DNA from: a virus
Taxonomy: Duplodnaviria > Caudoviricetes
Length of the DNA stretch: 64,000 bases
Direction: 5' to 3' (one strand)
Virus record (IMG/VR): IMGVR_UViG_3300035491_000281
Under the pieces are notes generated by a model, which had not been told where the DNA came from, made no database searches, and was given only the letters and a program-made list of their open reading frames with translations. Positions 18,939-28,302 of this stretch are shown one piece after another. The position numbers and the translations under genes are program-made. How positions within the stretch are numbered: position 1 is the stretch's first letter; the number at the start of each line of letters is the position of its first letter.

Positions 18939-19056
18939 TGTACAGGCGTATCGGCTTTAAGCCTTGCGCATAAGGGGGTGATCCAGCCCAGAGTTACCCG
19001 GCATCGCTAGGAGTCACGTTGGGAAACGTTGCGTGCGATCCACGGCTGCCTGTACA
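18939..19056 (+). ncRNA. Candidate structured RNA D (~118 nt)
   Basis: Closing stem TGTACAGGC/GCCTGTACA; GGGTGA/TTACCC; ATCGC/GCGAT; CGTT-GGGA-AACG GNRA hairpin; terminator directly after. Confidence 0.5.
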
Positions 19057-19058
19057 TC

Positions 19059-19087
19059 GCCCCTCCCGCAGGAGGGGCTTTATACCG
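19059..19087 (+). terminator. GC hairpin with TATACCG tail
   Basis: GCCCCTCC-CGCA-GGAGGGGC-TTTATACCG. Confidence 0.7.
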
Positions 19088-19179
19088 AAGACACCGAAAT
19101 GTGGTGATGTTATGATGAGGACGAGTCGCACAATGGGCTCTTATAAGTAATAACATCCAACAGCAGTAGGTTTCACTTA

Positions 19180-19332
19180 ATGGATCACGATGACGAGTTA
19201 GACGTTCCTGCAGACATGACCACCCATCTCCCGCAGCTGGGCGACGCCATGTTCTGGGTCAGTCTGGATCATTGTCTGGAACTACCGTCAGTCGACGGGT
19301 TACGGACCTTGGTCGATTCGTTCGACGAGTAA
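19180..19332 (+). CDS. Small acidic protein (50 aa, below ORF-track cutoff)
   Basis: MDHDDELDVP...DSFDE*; followed by hairpin. Confidence 0.45.
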   Translation: MDHDDELDVPADMTTHLPQLGDAMFWVSLDHCLELPSVDGLRTLVDSFDE

Positions 19333-19381
19333 ACACCCCGGGGTGCGGTCGCACCCCGGCTATGCCCTCTTGGAGTTGACT

Positions 19382-19645
19382 ATGCCCATTCCTTGTTGCG
19401 AACGCTGTTATGTCAAATACATCACCGAAGACGACACGATCAAGGAGCAGTTCCTACAGGATGCCTTTGGGACTGATGCCAAAGTGGTGCTCTCCCAACC
19501 CGAGCCCTCACCGTTGACTATCGCCATGCGCGAGCGTGGTCACGAAGTTACCGTACCGATGACTGCCACGGTGGTGGCCGGCAATACGGAGACCCCACTA
19601 TGTATGTGCGACTGCCATAAAGACGGTTGCACTGTTTTCCACTGA
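19382..19645 (+). CDS. Hypothetical protein with Cys pairs
   Basis: RBS GGAG; CCERC ... CMCDCH. Confidence 0.55.
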   Translation: MPIPCCERCYVKYITEDDTIKEQFLQDAFGTDAKVVLSQPEPSPLTIAMRERGHEVTVPMTATVVAGNTETPLCMCDCHKDGCTVFH

Positions 19646-19697
19646 CGGTTACCCCTGAAACACCGAAGCACCCCATAACACCCCTGGAGTCCTTAAC

Positions 19698-20213
19698 ATG
19701 CAAAACCCGTACCTGAAGGTCAATACCGAATACGTCAAGATTCTCGAAGCGTTGATTGCCAATGCCGATCAAGCCTTTGCGAAAAACAAAGCGCACTGCA
19801 TCGAGGGTGGGCAGCTGATCCGCGAATACCGCACCGTAGGTATCAAAGCGGCCCGCCAAACCGGACTGAGCTCATCCATGCGCCAGTGGGTGGTGAATCA
19901 TCCAAACGAAACCCTCTGCCTCTTTAAAGATGCCAACATGGCGAAATACGCCGAACTGAGTCTAATGGCCGCTAAAGCCGATGGCAGCGGATTCCAAGTT
20001 CCGTTCAGATCCCTGACCGCTCGGGATTTGCGGGAAGTGTTCGAGGGGCGCGCGACGCTGAATCTGGAGCTGACGTTCATTGAAGACTGTCGGTATATCT
20101 TCGTTGATGATGCTGACGTCACCCTAAACCGCTGCGGGTTCAAGTCCCGTGTCTTTAACGACTGGGTGTACTCGACGTTCGGTTCGCAGGTAGTGGTTAT
20201 TCACCTCGGTTGA
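19698..20213 (+). CDS. Hypothetical protein with degenerate P-loop-like motif
   Basis: RTVGIKAARQTGLS, YIFVDDA; RBS GGAG. Confidence 0.55.
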   Translation: MQNPYLKVNTEYVKILEALIANADQAFAKNKAHCIEGGQLIREYRTVGIKAARQTGLSSSMRQWVVNHPNETLCLFKDANMAKYAELSLMAAKADGSGFQVPFRSLTARDLREVFEGRATLNLELTFIEDCRYIFVDDADVTLNRCGFKSRVFNDWVYSTFGSQVVVIHLG

Positions 20214-20277
20214 TCTTTCTAGGGTATAAAACCCAGGGGTGCTGGCGCGCCCCCTTTATGCCATCAAGGAACTTATC

Positions 20278-20646
20278 ATGTCTGTCCAACGTTTGTTACT
20301 CAGCGCCCTGGCACGGCAGCGTCAGCTGGAAGTGGCTCCATTCGACGCTGTAAAACGCCTCAAGGATGGGACCCCAGTCATCGCCTGGGTCTTTCACGAC
20401 TTACAGCTCCACCAATACACCCTCACCCTCAAATCCGATGAAGGGAAGGCCGCGATCACACTCAACCCTCTGCTGGTGCGGGAGTTACTCGGTCCTAACG
20501 TCAAAACCGTACTCCCCACTCCACATCTGTTGTTTGAAGCCGCGGGGAAGATCGAGGCGGCCTTTAGCACCCTAGGCCGCCGGGACTGGGTGTTCTTAGG
20601 GCAACCCACAGGCATGCAGCTGAAACTGTATTTGGACATCGAATGA
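20278..20646 (+). CDS. Hypothetical protein
   Basis: RBS AAGGA before ATG 20278. Confidence 0.6.
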   Translation: MSVQRLLLSALARQRQLEVAPFDAVKRLKDGTPVIAWVFHDLQLHQYTLTLKSDEGKAAITLNPLLVRELLGPNVKTVLPTPHLLFEAAGKIEAAFSTLGRRDWVFLGQPTGMQLKLYLDIE

Positions 20647-20727
20647 AAAACTACCTTAGGTTTTAATGGTACGACCACCCACCAGGCCTGATGGCCTTTT
20701 ATGACCGGACCCGCTCAAGGATTACCC

Positions 20728-21498
20728 ATGTCGATTCTCTCTGACCGCAGTATCATTCAACTGTGCCAGCAGCCCAGCCATCAAGTCAATGGCCCCGAGC
20801 GCACTTTTCTCAAAGCCTGGGAAGGGGTGACCCACACTCCCGACCAGCTGGACCAACTGACCCGTCAACTCAAAGCCCGCCGCTGGGACCCCCTTTGGTC
20901 CGAAGAGGAAGGCTTCCGTCCGATGATCAAACCCTTTGTCGACCATCAGGTCAAAACCCAACTGCGGATGGATAAGTTGGGTGGCACGCCGGTGGGCGAG
21001 CTGACGGTTATCAGCTCGGACAACGTGGAAAAGATCGTCTCTTACGGGCTGTCCTCGTACGGGTATGACGTTCGCCTGGGACGCGAGTTCAAGATCTTCA
21101 CCAATGTGCGCAATGGCACCATCGACCCGCTGAACCCCGACCCCGACTGCTTCGTTGATCACGTGGGGGGTTACTGCATCATCCCGCCGAACAGCTACAT
21201 TCTCGGTCACACCATGGAAACCTTCGATATCCCGCAGGACATCATGGTGATGTGTGTCGGTAAGTCCACCTACGCCCGCCTGGCAGCAATCGTCAACGTC
21301 ACCCCGATCGAACCCGGCTTCAAGGGTCAGGTGGTGATCGAAATTGCCAACTGCTCAACGCTACCCCTCAAGGTCTACGCCGGGCAGGGAATTGCACAGT
21401 TCCTGTTCCTCAAGGGTGATCAACCCTGCATGACCTCCTACGCCGACAAGGCCGGGAAATACCAAAACCAACAGGGCGTTACCACCGCCCGTCTGTAA
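20728..21498 (+). CDS. dcd: dCTP deaminase with N-terminal insertions
   Basis: SYGLSSYGYDVR, CIIPPNS, GKSTYAR, VNVTPIEPG, GKYQNQ. Confidence 0.95.
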   Translation: MSILSDRSIIQLCQQPSHQVNGPERTFLKAWEGVTHTPDQLDQLTRQLKARRWDPLWSEEEGFRPMIKPFVDHQVKTQLRMDKLGGTPVGELTVISSDNVEKIVSYGLSSYGYDVRLGREFKIFTNVRNGTIDPLNPDPDCFVDHVGGYCIIPPNSYILGHTMETFDIPQDIMVMCVGKSTYARLAAIVNVTPIEPGFKGQVVIEIANCSTLPLKVYAGQGIAQFLFLKGDQPCMTSYADKAGKYQNQQGVTTARL

Positions 21499-21503
21499 CA
21501 AGG

Positions 21504-21743
21504 ATGCTTCTCATGCTAACCCTCCTTATCCAAGCGCTCCTCTGCGGTCTCTTCCTGCATGCCGGTGTGTTTTACGTGGCCTGGAAACGCCTGGCCACCA
21601 ACCAAGACCTCACGGTCTGGCAGGGGTATCGCGACTACCTGCGGACGGACACCCGTCACGCGCTGTGGACCTACCTGGCGTTCGCGTTTGCGATGCTCGT
21701 CGTGCTCGGACTCGCGCAGCTGATCGGTTCTTTCTTCAGCTAG
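21504..21743 (+). CDS. Small membrane protein
   Basis: Two hydrophobic segments. Confidence 0.55.
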   Translation: MLLMLTLLIQALLCGLFLHAGVFYVAWKRLATNQDLTVWQGYRDYLRTDTRHALWTYLAFAFAMLVVLGLAQLIGSFFS

Positions 21744-21800
21744 CCAAACCGGCATAACCAGGGCCTGCGGGCCCTGGGTTTATTCAGTTAAGGGATTTGT

Positions 21801-23012
21801 ATGTTTACCTCCATCCGCAACCGCACGGCACTACTGCGCCTGGAACAGCGCCTGACTGATCCCCGATGTCTCTACGTCAATGTGCGCATGCGTTACGTCG
21901 ATGAGACCATCGAGGTTCATCGGGTAACGAAGGTCGAGCGCAAACGCGAAGGTATCTCGCTGTACTACTACGATCCGGAACGCTGGGATCGGTTCCGGGT
22001 CGAATACAAGAACATTAAGACCCTAGCCTTGGTCGACTACCGTCCTGAGGAAGTGGCGGCACTGGCAGACCACCTCACCACTCTCGGCTTTACCCATCAC
22101 CGTTTGCGCCTGATCACCGATGAGGTCCATCGCAGTGACGGCTCCGTGCGTTACTACGCCCACACCGACTCCTTGGCTCGGCGCTGGTATGTCGATACCC
22201 GCTGTAACTTCCAGCGGGACGGCGGTGATCATTTCACCATTGTGCTTCATCGCGATCGCCAACCCGACGATGGCGACCATCCACAGCTGTACAAATGCGT
22301 GTACAGCAGTCACGGACCGTTTGTCTGGGCCGAGGAGTTTCAGATCGAGGCCGATCCCGAGTACCCCCGCCCGCACCAGCGGATCGAGTCGAAATATGGC
22401 GCGGTGCTGCCGGAGCTACTGACGTTACAGGAACCCAAGTACATGAATTACGAAGAACTCAAAGCCACCCTCCGACCGGGACAGCGGACGCGACGCACCA
22501 CCTGGGATGCCCATTTCTTTGTCGAGGTGGGCGGTAAGGGGGAGTTGCGCTTGGTCGATGAACGGGTACCGGAACTCAGCAGTCCGTGGCGCCAGTCGGG
22601 TTATGACGCCGACGCCACGGACTACTACGTGTTGGCTCCCGAAGATGCTCAACCGGACGACATCATTAAACGCTTTAAGCTATCCGGCGGCATTGAGTTT
22701 CAAGCGTTGTCAGCCAACACCACGTACGATCAAGTGTTACTCTGCGCAGGTTTACGCCGCAAACTGGACGTGGTGATTAACGGTAAACAGCCCGCAGCGG
22801 ACTTCCAACGCTGTCTACAGCACGGTTACATCGCCATGATCCACGTTCGTGTTAAGGAATTGGTCCCGCCGGAACGCCCTTCTCGCTACGCCAAACCCAC
22901 CGTCCAGGAAAAACTCCTGTGGGGGTTTGGACCGCGAGCTACCGACGCCCTGGCGTTGATGACGGCTTACCTCGATACCAACCGCCCACTACTGGAGCCC
23001 TTCCATGACTGA
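21801..23012 (+). CDS. Multidomain protein with internal Tad2/DUF2829-like domain (from M at 22443)
   Basis: MNYEELKATLRPGQRTRRTTW...PWRQSGYDADATDYYV fits MNF.EAL..LK.G.RV.R.GW...W.PS..D.LA.DW.V. Confidence 0.55.
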   Translation: MFTSIRNRTALLRLEQRLTDPRCLYVNVRMRYVDETIEVHRVTKVERKREGISLYYYDPERWDRFRVEYKNIKTLALVDYRPEEVAALADHLTTLGFTHHRLRLITDEVHRSDGSVRYYAHTDSLARRWYVDTRCNFQRDGGDHFTIVLHRDRQPDDGDHPQLYKCVYSSHGPFVWAEEFQIEADPEYPRPHQRIESKYGAVLPELLTLQEPKYMNYEELKATLRPGQRTRRTTWDAHFFVEVGGKGELRLVDERVPELSSPWRQSGYDADATDYYVLAPEDAQPDDIIKRFKLSGGIEFQALSANTTYDQVLLCAGLRRKLDVVINGKQPAADFQRCLQHGYIAMIHVRVKELVPPERPSRYAKPTVQEKLLWGFGPRATDALALMTAYLDTNRPLLEPFHD

Positions 23013-23439
23013 CCACAACAACGTAAGCCTGAGTCCGGTACTGGACCAGCATCCCGAACTCTTTGAAAAGGCGCTGGGGCTCTACACCCCACCCTTCCGC
23101 CATGTGTCGGGTTATATTTACGATGCGAAGCACCGGATGGTCAGCGACGCCGGTGGGGCGACCGAGATGATTCAGCGCGTGCGGGGCTGGGGACGGATTC
23201 AGTATCTGATGGATGCCGACCCTGAGCTACTGCAGGATGCCGTGGGGGAGTTGGTAGCGCGGGCACTGACGCAGTATTGGGAACCCTATGCTCAGATGCT
23301 GAGCGAGCGCGAGCTGTTAGCCGGCTGGCCGGCGGGAACTCATCTGGGCGAGTTCAGATACGATGGAAAACAAACCGCTGTCTGGAACGGCGAACGCTGG
23401 CTAGCATTAAAGAGTCAGGTAATCGATGGCAACTGTTAA
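23005..23439 (+). CDS. Conserved phage hypothetical protein
   Basis: YTPPFR..GYIYD, RVRGWGRIQYL, LQDAVGE motifs. Confidence 0.65.
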   Translation: MTDHNNVSLSPVLDQHPELFEKALGLYTPPFRHVSGYIYDAKHRMVSDAGGATEMIQRVRGWGRIQYLMDADPELLQDAVGELVARALTQYWEPYAQMLSERELLAGWPAGTHLGEFRYDGKQTAVWNGERWLALKSQVIDGNC

Positions 23440-23734
23440 ACTACCCGAACCCCGCCTGAGCCCAGAAGAATTCGCCGCTGAACGGCGGGCGTACGAAGGG
23501 GTGGAGATCAAGATCAACTATCAAAGCGGTTTACTGCCGAGCTACCGAGAGGTCTACAAACGACCGCTTGGTGACGATAAGCCGGTGAGTCTGCTCTATA
23601 AACGGCTGATTCCGTTCTTCGCCCAGCGTAACTGGCACATCAAACGGCGCGATGGCGGTAACGTCATGAACCGCCGCACCATCATGCTCACACTTCGGAC
23701 TGGGGAATACCTACGTCCAGAACAACGAGCCTGA
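23426..23734 (+). CDS. Hypothetical protein
   Basis: Overlapping colinear ORF. Confidence 0.6.
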   Translation: MATVKLPEPRLSPEEFAAERRAYEGVEIKINYQSGLLPSYREVYKRPLGDDKPVSLLYKRLIPFFAQRNWHIKRRDGGNVMNRRTIMLTLRTGEYLRPEQRA

Positions 23735-23763
23735 CGCATAACCACAAGCTAAAGGAAACCCCC

Positions 23764-24318
23764 ATGATCGAAGTCATCGCCTATCGCGGTCAACATGGCC
23801 GCAAAACCGGTCACCTAGAAACCCGACATGCTGCGGTGTACTTCGGGGAGTTGGCCGTAGCTGAGCATTATGCTCGCCAGCCCAATCGTCGCGGCGACGT
23901 GGCGTTGGAACCACACGTCTTTATCGCCTCACTCAAACTCCATCGTCCGTTTATCAACACCCCGAACGATCCGTTCCTGGAGTTGAGTGATGTAGTGGAT
24001 AAACTGGGGGTGACTGAAGCACAGCGCATTGCGCGCAAGTTCGCTGCGCACATCATGCAAACCAACAGCTGGGAATCGCAGTTCAGCCAATACAGTGGGG
24101 TGGAGGAGTTACTTCAGCAGGATGCTGGAGCGCTCGATGAGCTGTACTTCCCCGCGTACTGGTTCCTGAGTGACCCCGTTGAAGTCAACCGCCTCAAGGC
24201 CGCGGGTTTTGACGGGGCCGTTCACGGTGGGTCCGGGGTCTCGGCCCTGACTACCGAGTATTGCGTGTTCGATGCCGATAAATCCGCACTGATCCTTGCA
24301 GTCGATACACTTGGCTGA
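23764..24318 (+). CDS. ADP-ribosyltransferase-fold protein (ART-PolyVal-like)
   Basis: AYRG, VYF....A..YA, GFDGAVH, EYCVFD. Confidence 0.6.
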   Translation: MIEVIAYRGQHGRKTGHLETRHAAVYFGELAVAEHYARQPNRRGDVALEPHVFIASLKLHRPFINTPNDPFLELSDVVDKLGVTEAQRIARKFAAHIMQTNSWESQFSQYSGVEELLQQDAGALDELYFPAYWFLSDPVEVNRLKAAGFDGAVHGGSGVSALTTEYCVFDADKSALILAVDTLG

Positions 24319-24356
24319 TTTAGCTATTTCATCACAAAATCCTAGGAGTTGTTCCC

Positions 24357-25259
24357 ATGAAGCAATACCTCGATCTACTACGCCACGTCCGCGACCACGG
24401 CACTTACAAGAGTGACCGTACAGGCACGGGCACCTACAGCGTGTTTGGGTACCAGATGCGTTTCGATCTGGCCGAAGGCTTCCCGCTGGTGACCACCAAG
24501 AAGTGCCACCTCAAATCCATCATCCATGAACTGCTGTGGTTCCTGCAGGGGGACACCAACATCGGCTATCTGAAAGAGCACGGGGTGAAGATTTGGGATG
24601 ACTGGGCTGATGAGAACGGCGATCTCGGTCCGGTCTACGGTTACCAATGGCGCAGCTGGCCGTCCCCCAATAAACCGCAGAAACTCGCTGCTTCAGAACG
24701 CATCGCGATATGGAACCGGGCCGCCCGTAAGGCCTACCCGATGGATGCTGCGACTCATGCGAAAATGGAACAGCTGGTCGGTGCGCCGGTGACTCAAACC
24801 AAGCCGTACGTCTGGCATGATCTCATCGCACAGGTTCGGCTTAACCTTGGCTATCATGAAGCGGTTAAGGAACTGTTTGCATTCTTCGATATACCCGAAT
24901 ACGCGCAAGACCCGGATGGGTCAATCGATCAGATTGCGAACGTCATCCATACCCTCAAGACCAACCCGGACAGTCGGCGGATCATCGTCAGCGCCTGGAA
25001 CCCCGCACTGGTGGATGAGATGGCTCTGCCGCCGTGTCATGCGTTGTTTCAGTTCTACAGTGCGCCACTGTCCCTCAAAGAACGCTTGGGGTTAGTTACC
25101 GACGAGCAGCGTGACAAGTTTGTCACGCATGTAATCGAGGTACGCGGCCATGTCGGTGAGATGGCAGAGCTAACACCCGAGGTCGAAGCAGCTCATCACA
25201 AATTCCTCGACGATCTCGGGGTCTGTGGTCGTAAACTCTCCTGTCAGTTGTACCAGCGT
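24357..25259 (+). CDS. thyA: Thymidylate synthase, exon 1 (two insertions)
   Basis: [52 protein letters not shown]. Confidence 0.97.
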
Positions 25260-25539
25260 TAAGTAGTAGCGCCTTCTGGGAGTGATCCCAGTAGCAAACC
25301 TCCCTAAACGGGGAAACTCTCGAAAGAGACAATCCCGTGCTAAATGGCGAAAGCCTAAAAGCCTAACGACTAGCGAAAGCACCGACGGACGCAAAACGGT
25401 GAACGAGTAGCGTAGGGACCAGGTGGTCTCGAAATGGGAGGGGTCTCTAGGATGGAGACCGTGATATAGTCTCGTCTGCATGGTGACATGCAGCATTTGT
25501 ATAATGGGTCCCGTTTAACGATCGGGATTTAAGATAACG
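25260..25539 (+). mobile_element. Group I self-splicing intron, 280 nt, no homing endonuclease
   Basis: Exon ends in U, intron ends in G; P1 GCGU/GCGC; P AAACGGGGAA, Q AATCCCGTGC, R AACGACTAG, S GATATAGTC; splicing restores [14 protein letters not shown] in frame. Confidence 0.92.
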
Positions 25540-25836
25540 TCAGCGGACATCTTCTTGGGCGTGCCGTTTAACATCGCGTCTTACGCGTTGCTGACCATGA
25601 TGGTGGCACAAGTGACCAACATGGTGCCGGGCGAATTCATCTGGACGGGGGGCGATACTCATCTGTACTCAAACCACGTAGAGCAAGCGGATCTGCAACT
25701 GACCCGTGAGCCGCTACCGCTACCAACCATGAAACTCAACCACAAGGTGAAAGACCTGTTTGCGTTCAAATTCGAGGACTTCACCTTGGAAGGTTACGAG
25801 TCCCACCCACATATCAGCGCCCCGGTGGCGGTGTAA
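25540..25836 (+). CDS. thyA: Thymidylate synthase, exon 2
   Basis: [34 protein letters not shown]. Confidence 0.97.
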   Translation, partial: SADIFLGVPFNIASYALLTMMVAQVTNMVPGEFIWTGGDTHLYSNHVEQADLQLTREPLPLPTMKLNHKVKDLFAFKFEDFTLEGYESHPHISAPVAV

Positions 25837-25953
25837 CCATAACAACGCCACTCGCGAGACTGTAGGTAATAGGTCACCGAGTTCAACCCGATGTAAACGA
25901 CGACATAAACGGAGAGCAGGGATTCCTGCTCTCTCTGTCCTATGGAGGGATTT

Positions 25954-26271
25954 ATGGGTAACGAACATACCTATAATTACAAGACTCTTTTCATCTGGCG
26001 TCTACACCTTATCACGTTGGAAGCTCAAGGTACCAAGCGTGGCGATCTAACCGCAGTCGTTGTGATCGCTTCTACCGAAGAACAGGCGCGCATGTTGTCC
26101 GCCCAATGTCTGTCGGACGATACGCGGACCGATTCTCCTCGCTCGGAGTACCTTGATCCGGAAAGAACCCGTTGCACTAAACTGGGGTTTGCTATCAATG
26201 GAATTGGAGAAGGAGTTGTCGTAGCCGACTATGACTACGATTACGACTCCATCGAATATCCTTGGATATAA
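25954..26271 (+). CDS. Hypothetical protein
   Basis: RBS GGAGG. Confidence 0.6.
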   Translation: MGNEHTYNYKTLFIWRLHLITLEAQGTKRGDLTAVVVIASTEEQARMLSAQCLSDDTRTDSPRSEYLDPERTRCTKLGFAINGIGEGVVVADYDYDYDSIEYPWI

Positions 26272-26380
26272 TAGAACGCGACTATTTCGAGATCGATCGG
26301 ACAGTCAGTCGCGTGATTTGTAGATATTGATTGATGCGACTTGGCGCTGACAAAGTCCTTCGATCAGATAAGGAGTACAT

Positions 26381-26845
26381 ATGAGCACATATGCCATCAC
26401 GTTACTCAAATACGCTGATAGCGAAATACTCGATGACCATTGCGCGGAGGACGAACTGGGGCTAGGTCAGTCATACGACGCATTTGCCGTTCTTGCTGGA
26501 ATCAAAAACTACCATTCGATTGTTCCACTGTTCGAACCGTTTCGTGAACTTCCCCCAGAACTCGCTAAAGTCAAACACCTCTTCGGTTACGTGGGCGCTT
26601 TCTTCCAGTATTACTACCGAACCTGGTTCACGCTCGAAGAATTCGACCAATTGGATCTCGATCGGCCGCTTGAGTTCTTGCCGGATAAGGCAAAGAATGA
26701 TTTCGACTTGCCCGATCACCGCAGGGACGATGTCCAGTCGGGTGACACCTATCGCAGTTTCATCGAACGGAAAACAACGATCTTCACGTGGATCGAAAAG
26801 CTGAAGCAAGAAAATGCTAAGGTAGTCATACTCGGATTCGATTAA
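26381..26845 (+). CDS. Conserved phage hypothetical protein
   Basis: RBS TAAGGAG; FAVLAGIKN, TWFTLEEF, VILGFD pattern. Confidence 0.65.
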   Translation: MSTYAITLLKYADSEILDDHCAEDELGLGQSYDAFAVLAGIKNYHSIVPLFEPFRELPPELAKVKHLFGYVGAFFQYYYRTWFTLEEFDQLDLDRPLEFLPDKAKNDFDLPDHRRDDVQSGDTYRSFIERKTTIFTWIEKLKQENAKVVILGFD

Positions 26846-26856
26846 AGGGCGTGGAC

Positions 26857-27081
26857 ATGACCGACAATGAAGTGCTGAATAAGGTACTTACCAATTATTT
26901 TCGCTCGACGCCCAGCAGGGTAGGGTCGGCACAAGACCGACGCTGGATCGTTAAACAAGCGATCGAGATAACGGAAGCGGGTGGAACGGTTGCCGTGGTA
27001 CATGTGGCGAACGAAGGCTTTCGCTTAGAGATGACATTACCAAAGCGAAAGCGTATACTCAAGAAGAAGGAAACAGCATGA
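26857..27081 (+). CDS. Small hypothetical protein
   Basis: Colinear ORF. Confidence 0.5.
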   Translation: MTDNEVLNKVLTNYFRSTPSRVGSAQDRRWIVKQAIEITEAGGTVAVVHVANEGFRLEMTLPKRKRILKKKETA

Positions 27082-27123
27082 TGCACCCATCGAAAACCAA
27101 ACTGTACTTGGAGTAATGAAATT

Positions 27124-27390
27124 ATGTTAGGGATATTCGCAGTCGCGTTGAGCTGGATTTTGGGGGCGCTATATCTACATTGGTTCCGTAGAAACCAATA
27201 CTCCAAGAACCCCATCAGCTGGAATCAGCGCGGGGTGGGGTTCATCGCCTTCAGCGACCGGCAGTACTGGTGGTTAATGACGTTCTGGCCGGTCGCCATT
27301 GTGGGGGCACTGGCCCTTATCCTACTCTGGTGGGTATGTGCAGCCATCGAGTGGCTTGCAGAGCAAGTAAAAGGCCTAACTGGACGTTAA
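27124..27390 (+). CDS. Membrane protein
   Basis: Two Trp-rich TM segments; RBS GGAG. Confidence 0.6.
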   Translation: MLGIFAVALSWILGALYLHWFRRNQYSKNPISWNQRGVGFIAFSDRQYWWLMTFWPVAIVGALALILLWWVCAAIEWLAEQVKGLTGR

Positions 27391-27399
27391 GGGGTTACC

Positions 27400-28161
27400 G
27401 TGGAAACGACTAACATCGATCAGCTGGGCCTGCGTTTTGAAAAGCTTGCTCATGCTAAAACCGCCAGTCAGGTGATGCTGACGGAGATTACCGGTCACGG
27501 CGATTTCTGGCTGTTGACCTTCAAAGGAAAGGGTAAACGCGAATCCCGGGAAGGTTGGGTCTATTATAGTGAAGTGCCCGATACCCTGGTGATGGAGTTT
27601 GGCTATGCCCCGGACGGTCTTACCGCCGTTGGCTCGACTGAGCGCTTTATCTACACTCTGTGCAAGCATGGTGGTTACTATGCCAATTACTCCACGCAGT
27701 GGCGGCGTTCCGGTATACGACCTGAGTGGTATTCGATCTTCGAAACGCTATTGGAAAACTTCGAACGGATGTGTGGCGTTACCGCACTGCCGGTAACCAA
27801 ACCCCATCACGCCGAACCCTCGTTATCGGTGAAACGGTTTTCTGCAGATACACCGGTTGAAAAACACCAATATACGGTTCCCAACCTAGCACGCTGGGAA
27901 GGCATACAGCCTAACGAGATCGGTATTCGCAACCGCCGTGCCCGAAACTATCGCAAAATGGCGCTGGCCCAATTTGAGTTGGAACTCAGAAAGACCTTGG
28001 ATCACGCCGCCGACCGTCGCCAACGTGAGGATGGGGAACCCCCCATGGCGTATTGGCAAGCAAGTGCTGGTGTACTGGGTGTATCTCCCGACTGGTTGGT
28101 ATTCGGGCAGGTGCAGACCGAAGTCGATGCCGAAGCTGAGAAAACCCCGTTGTGGGTATAA
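27400..28161 (+). CDS. Hypothetical protein with XRE-HTH-like C-terminal remnant
   Basis: AGVLGVSPDWLVFG resembles the end of HTH_3 domains. Confidence 0.55.
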   Translation: METTNIDQLGLRFEKLAHAKTASQVMLTEITGHGDFWLLTFKGKGKRESREGWVYYSEVPDTLVMEFGYAPDGLTAVGSTERFIYTLCKHGGYYANYSTQWRRSGIRPEWYSIFETLLENFERMCGVTALPVTKPHHAEPSLSVKRFSADTPVEKHQYTVPNLARWEGIQPNEIGIRNRRARNYRKMALAQFELELRKTLDHAADRRQREDGEPPMAYWQASAGVLGVSPDWLVFGQVQTEVDAEAEKTPLWV

Positions 28162-28173
28162 GCTGGAGGTTGT

Positions 28174-28302
28174 ATGTATCCTGATCTATCGCATCTGTTG
28201 TTTATACTCAGTCCGCTCGGACTGAGTCTTTTTGCCGGCGGCGTCGTCATCGGGGTGGTAGTCACCAGCTGGCTGGTTAAGGATAAGAAACATGAGTGTT
28301 GA
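28174..28302 (+). CDS. Single-TM peptide (42 aa, below ORF-track cutoff)
   Basis: RBS GGAGG; MYPDLSHLLFILSPLGLSLFAGGVVIGVVV. Confidence 0.5.
   Translation: MYPDLSHLLFILSPLGLSLFAGGVVIGVVVTSWLVKDKKHEC

Noticed and set aside
24666-24911. Intein in ThyA
   Set aside because: No Cys/Ser block A, no terminal HN followed by C/S/T, and too short
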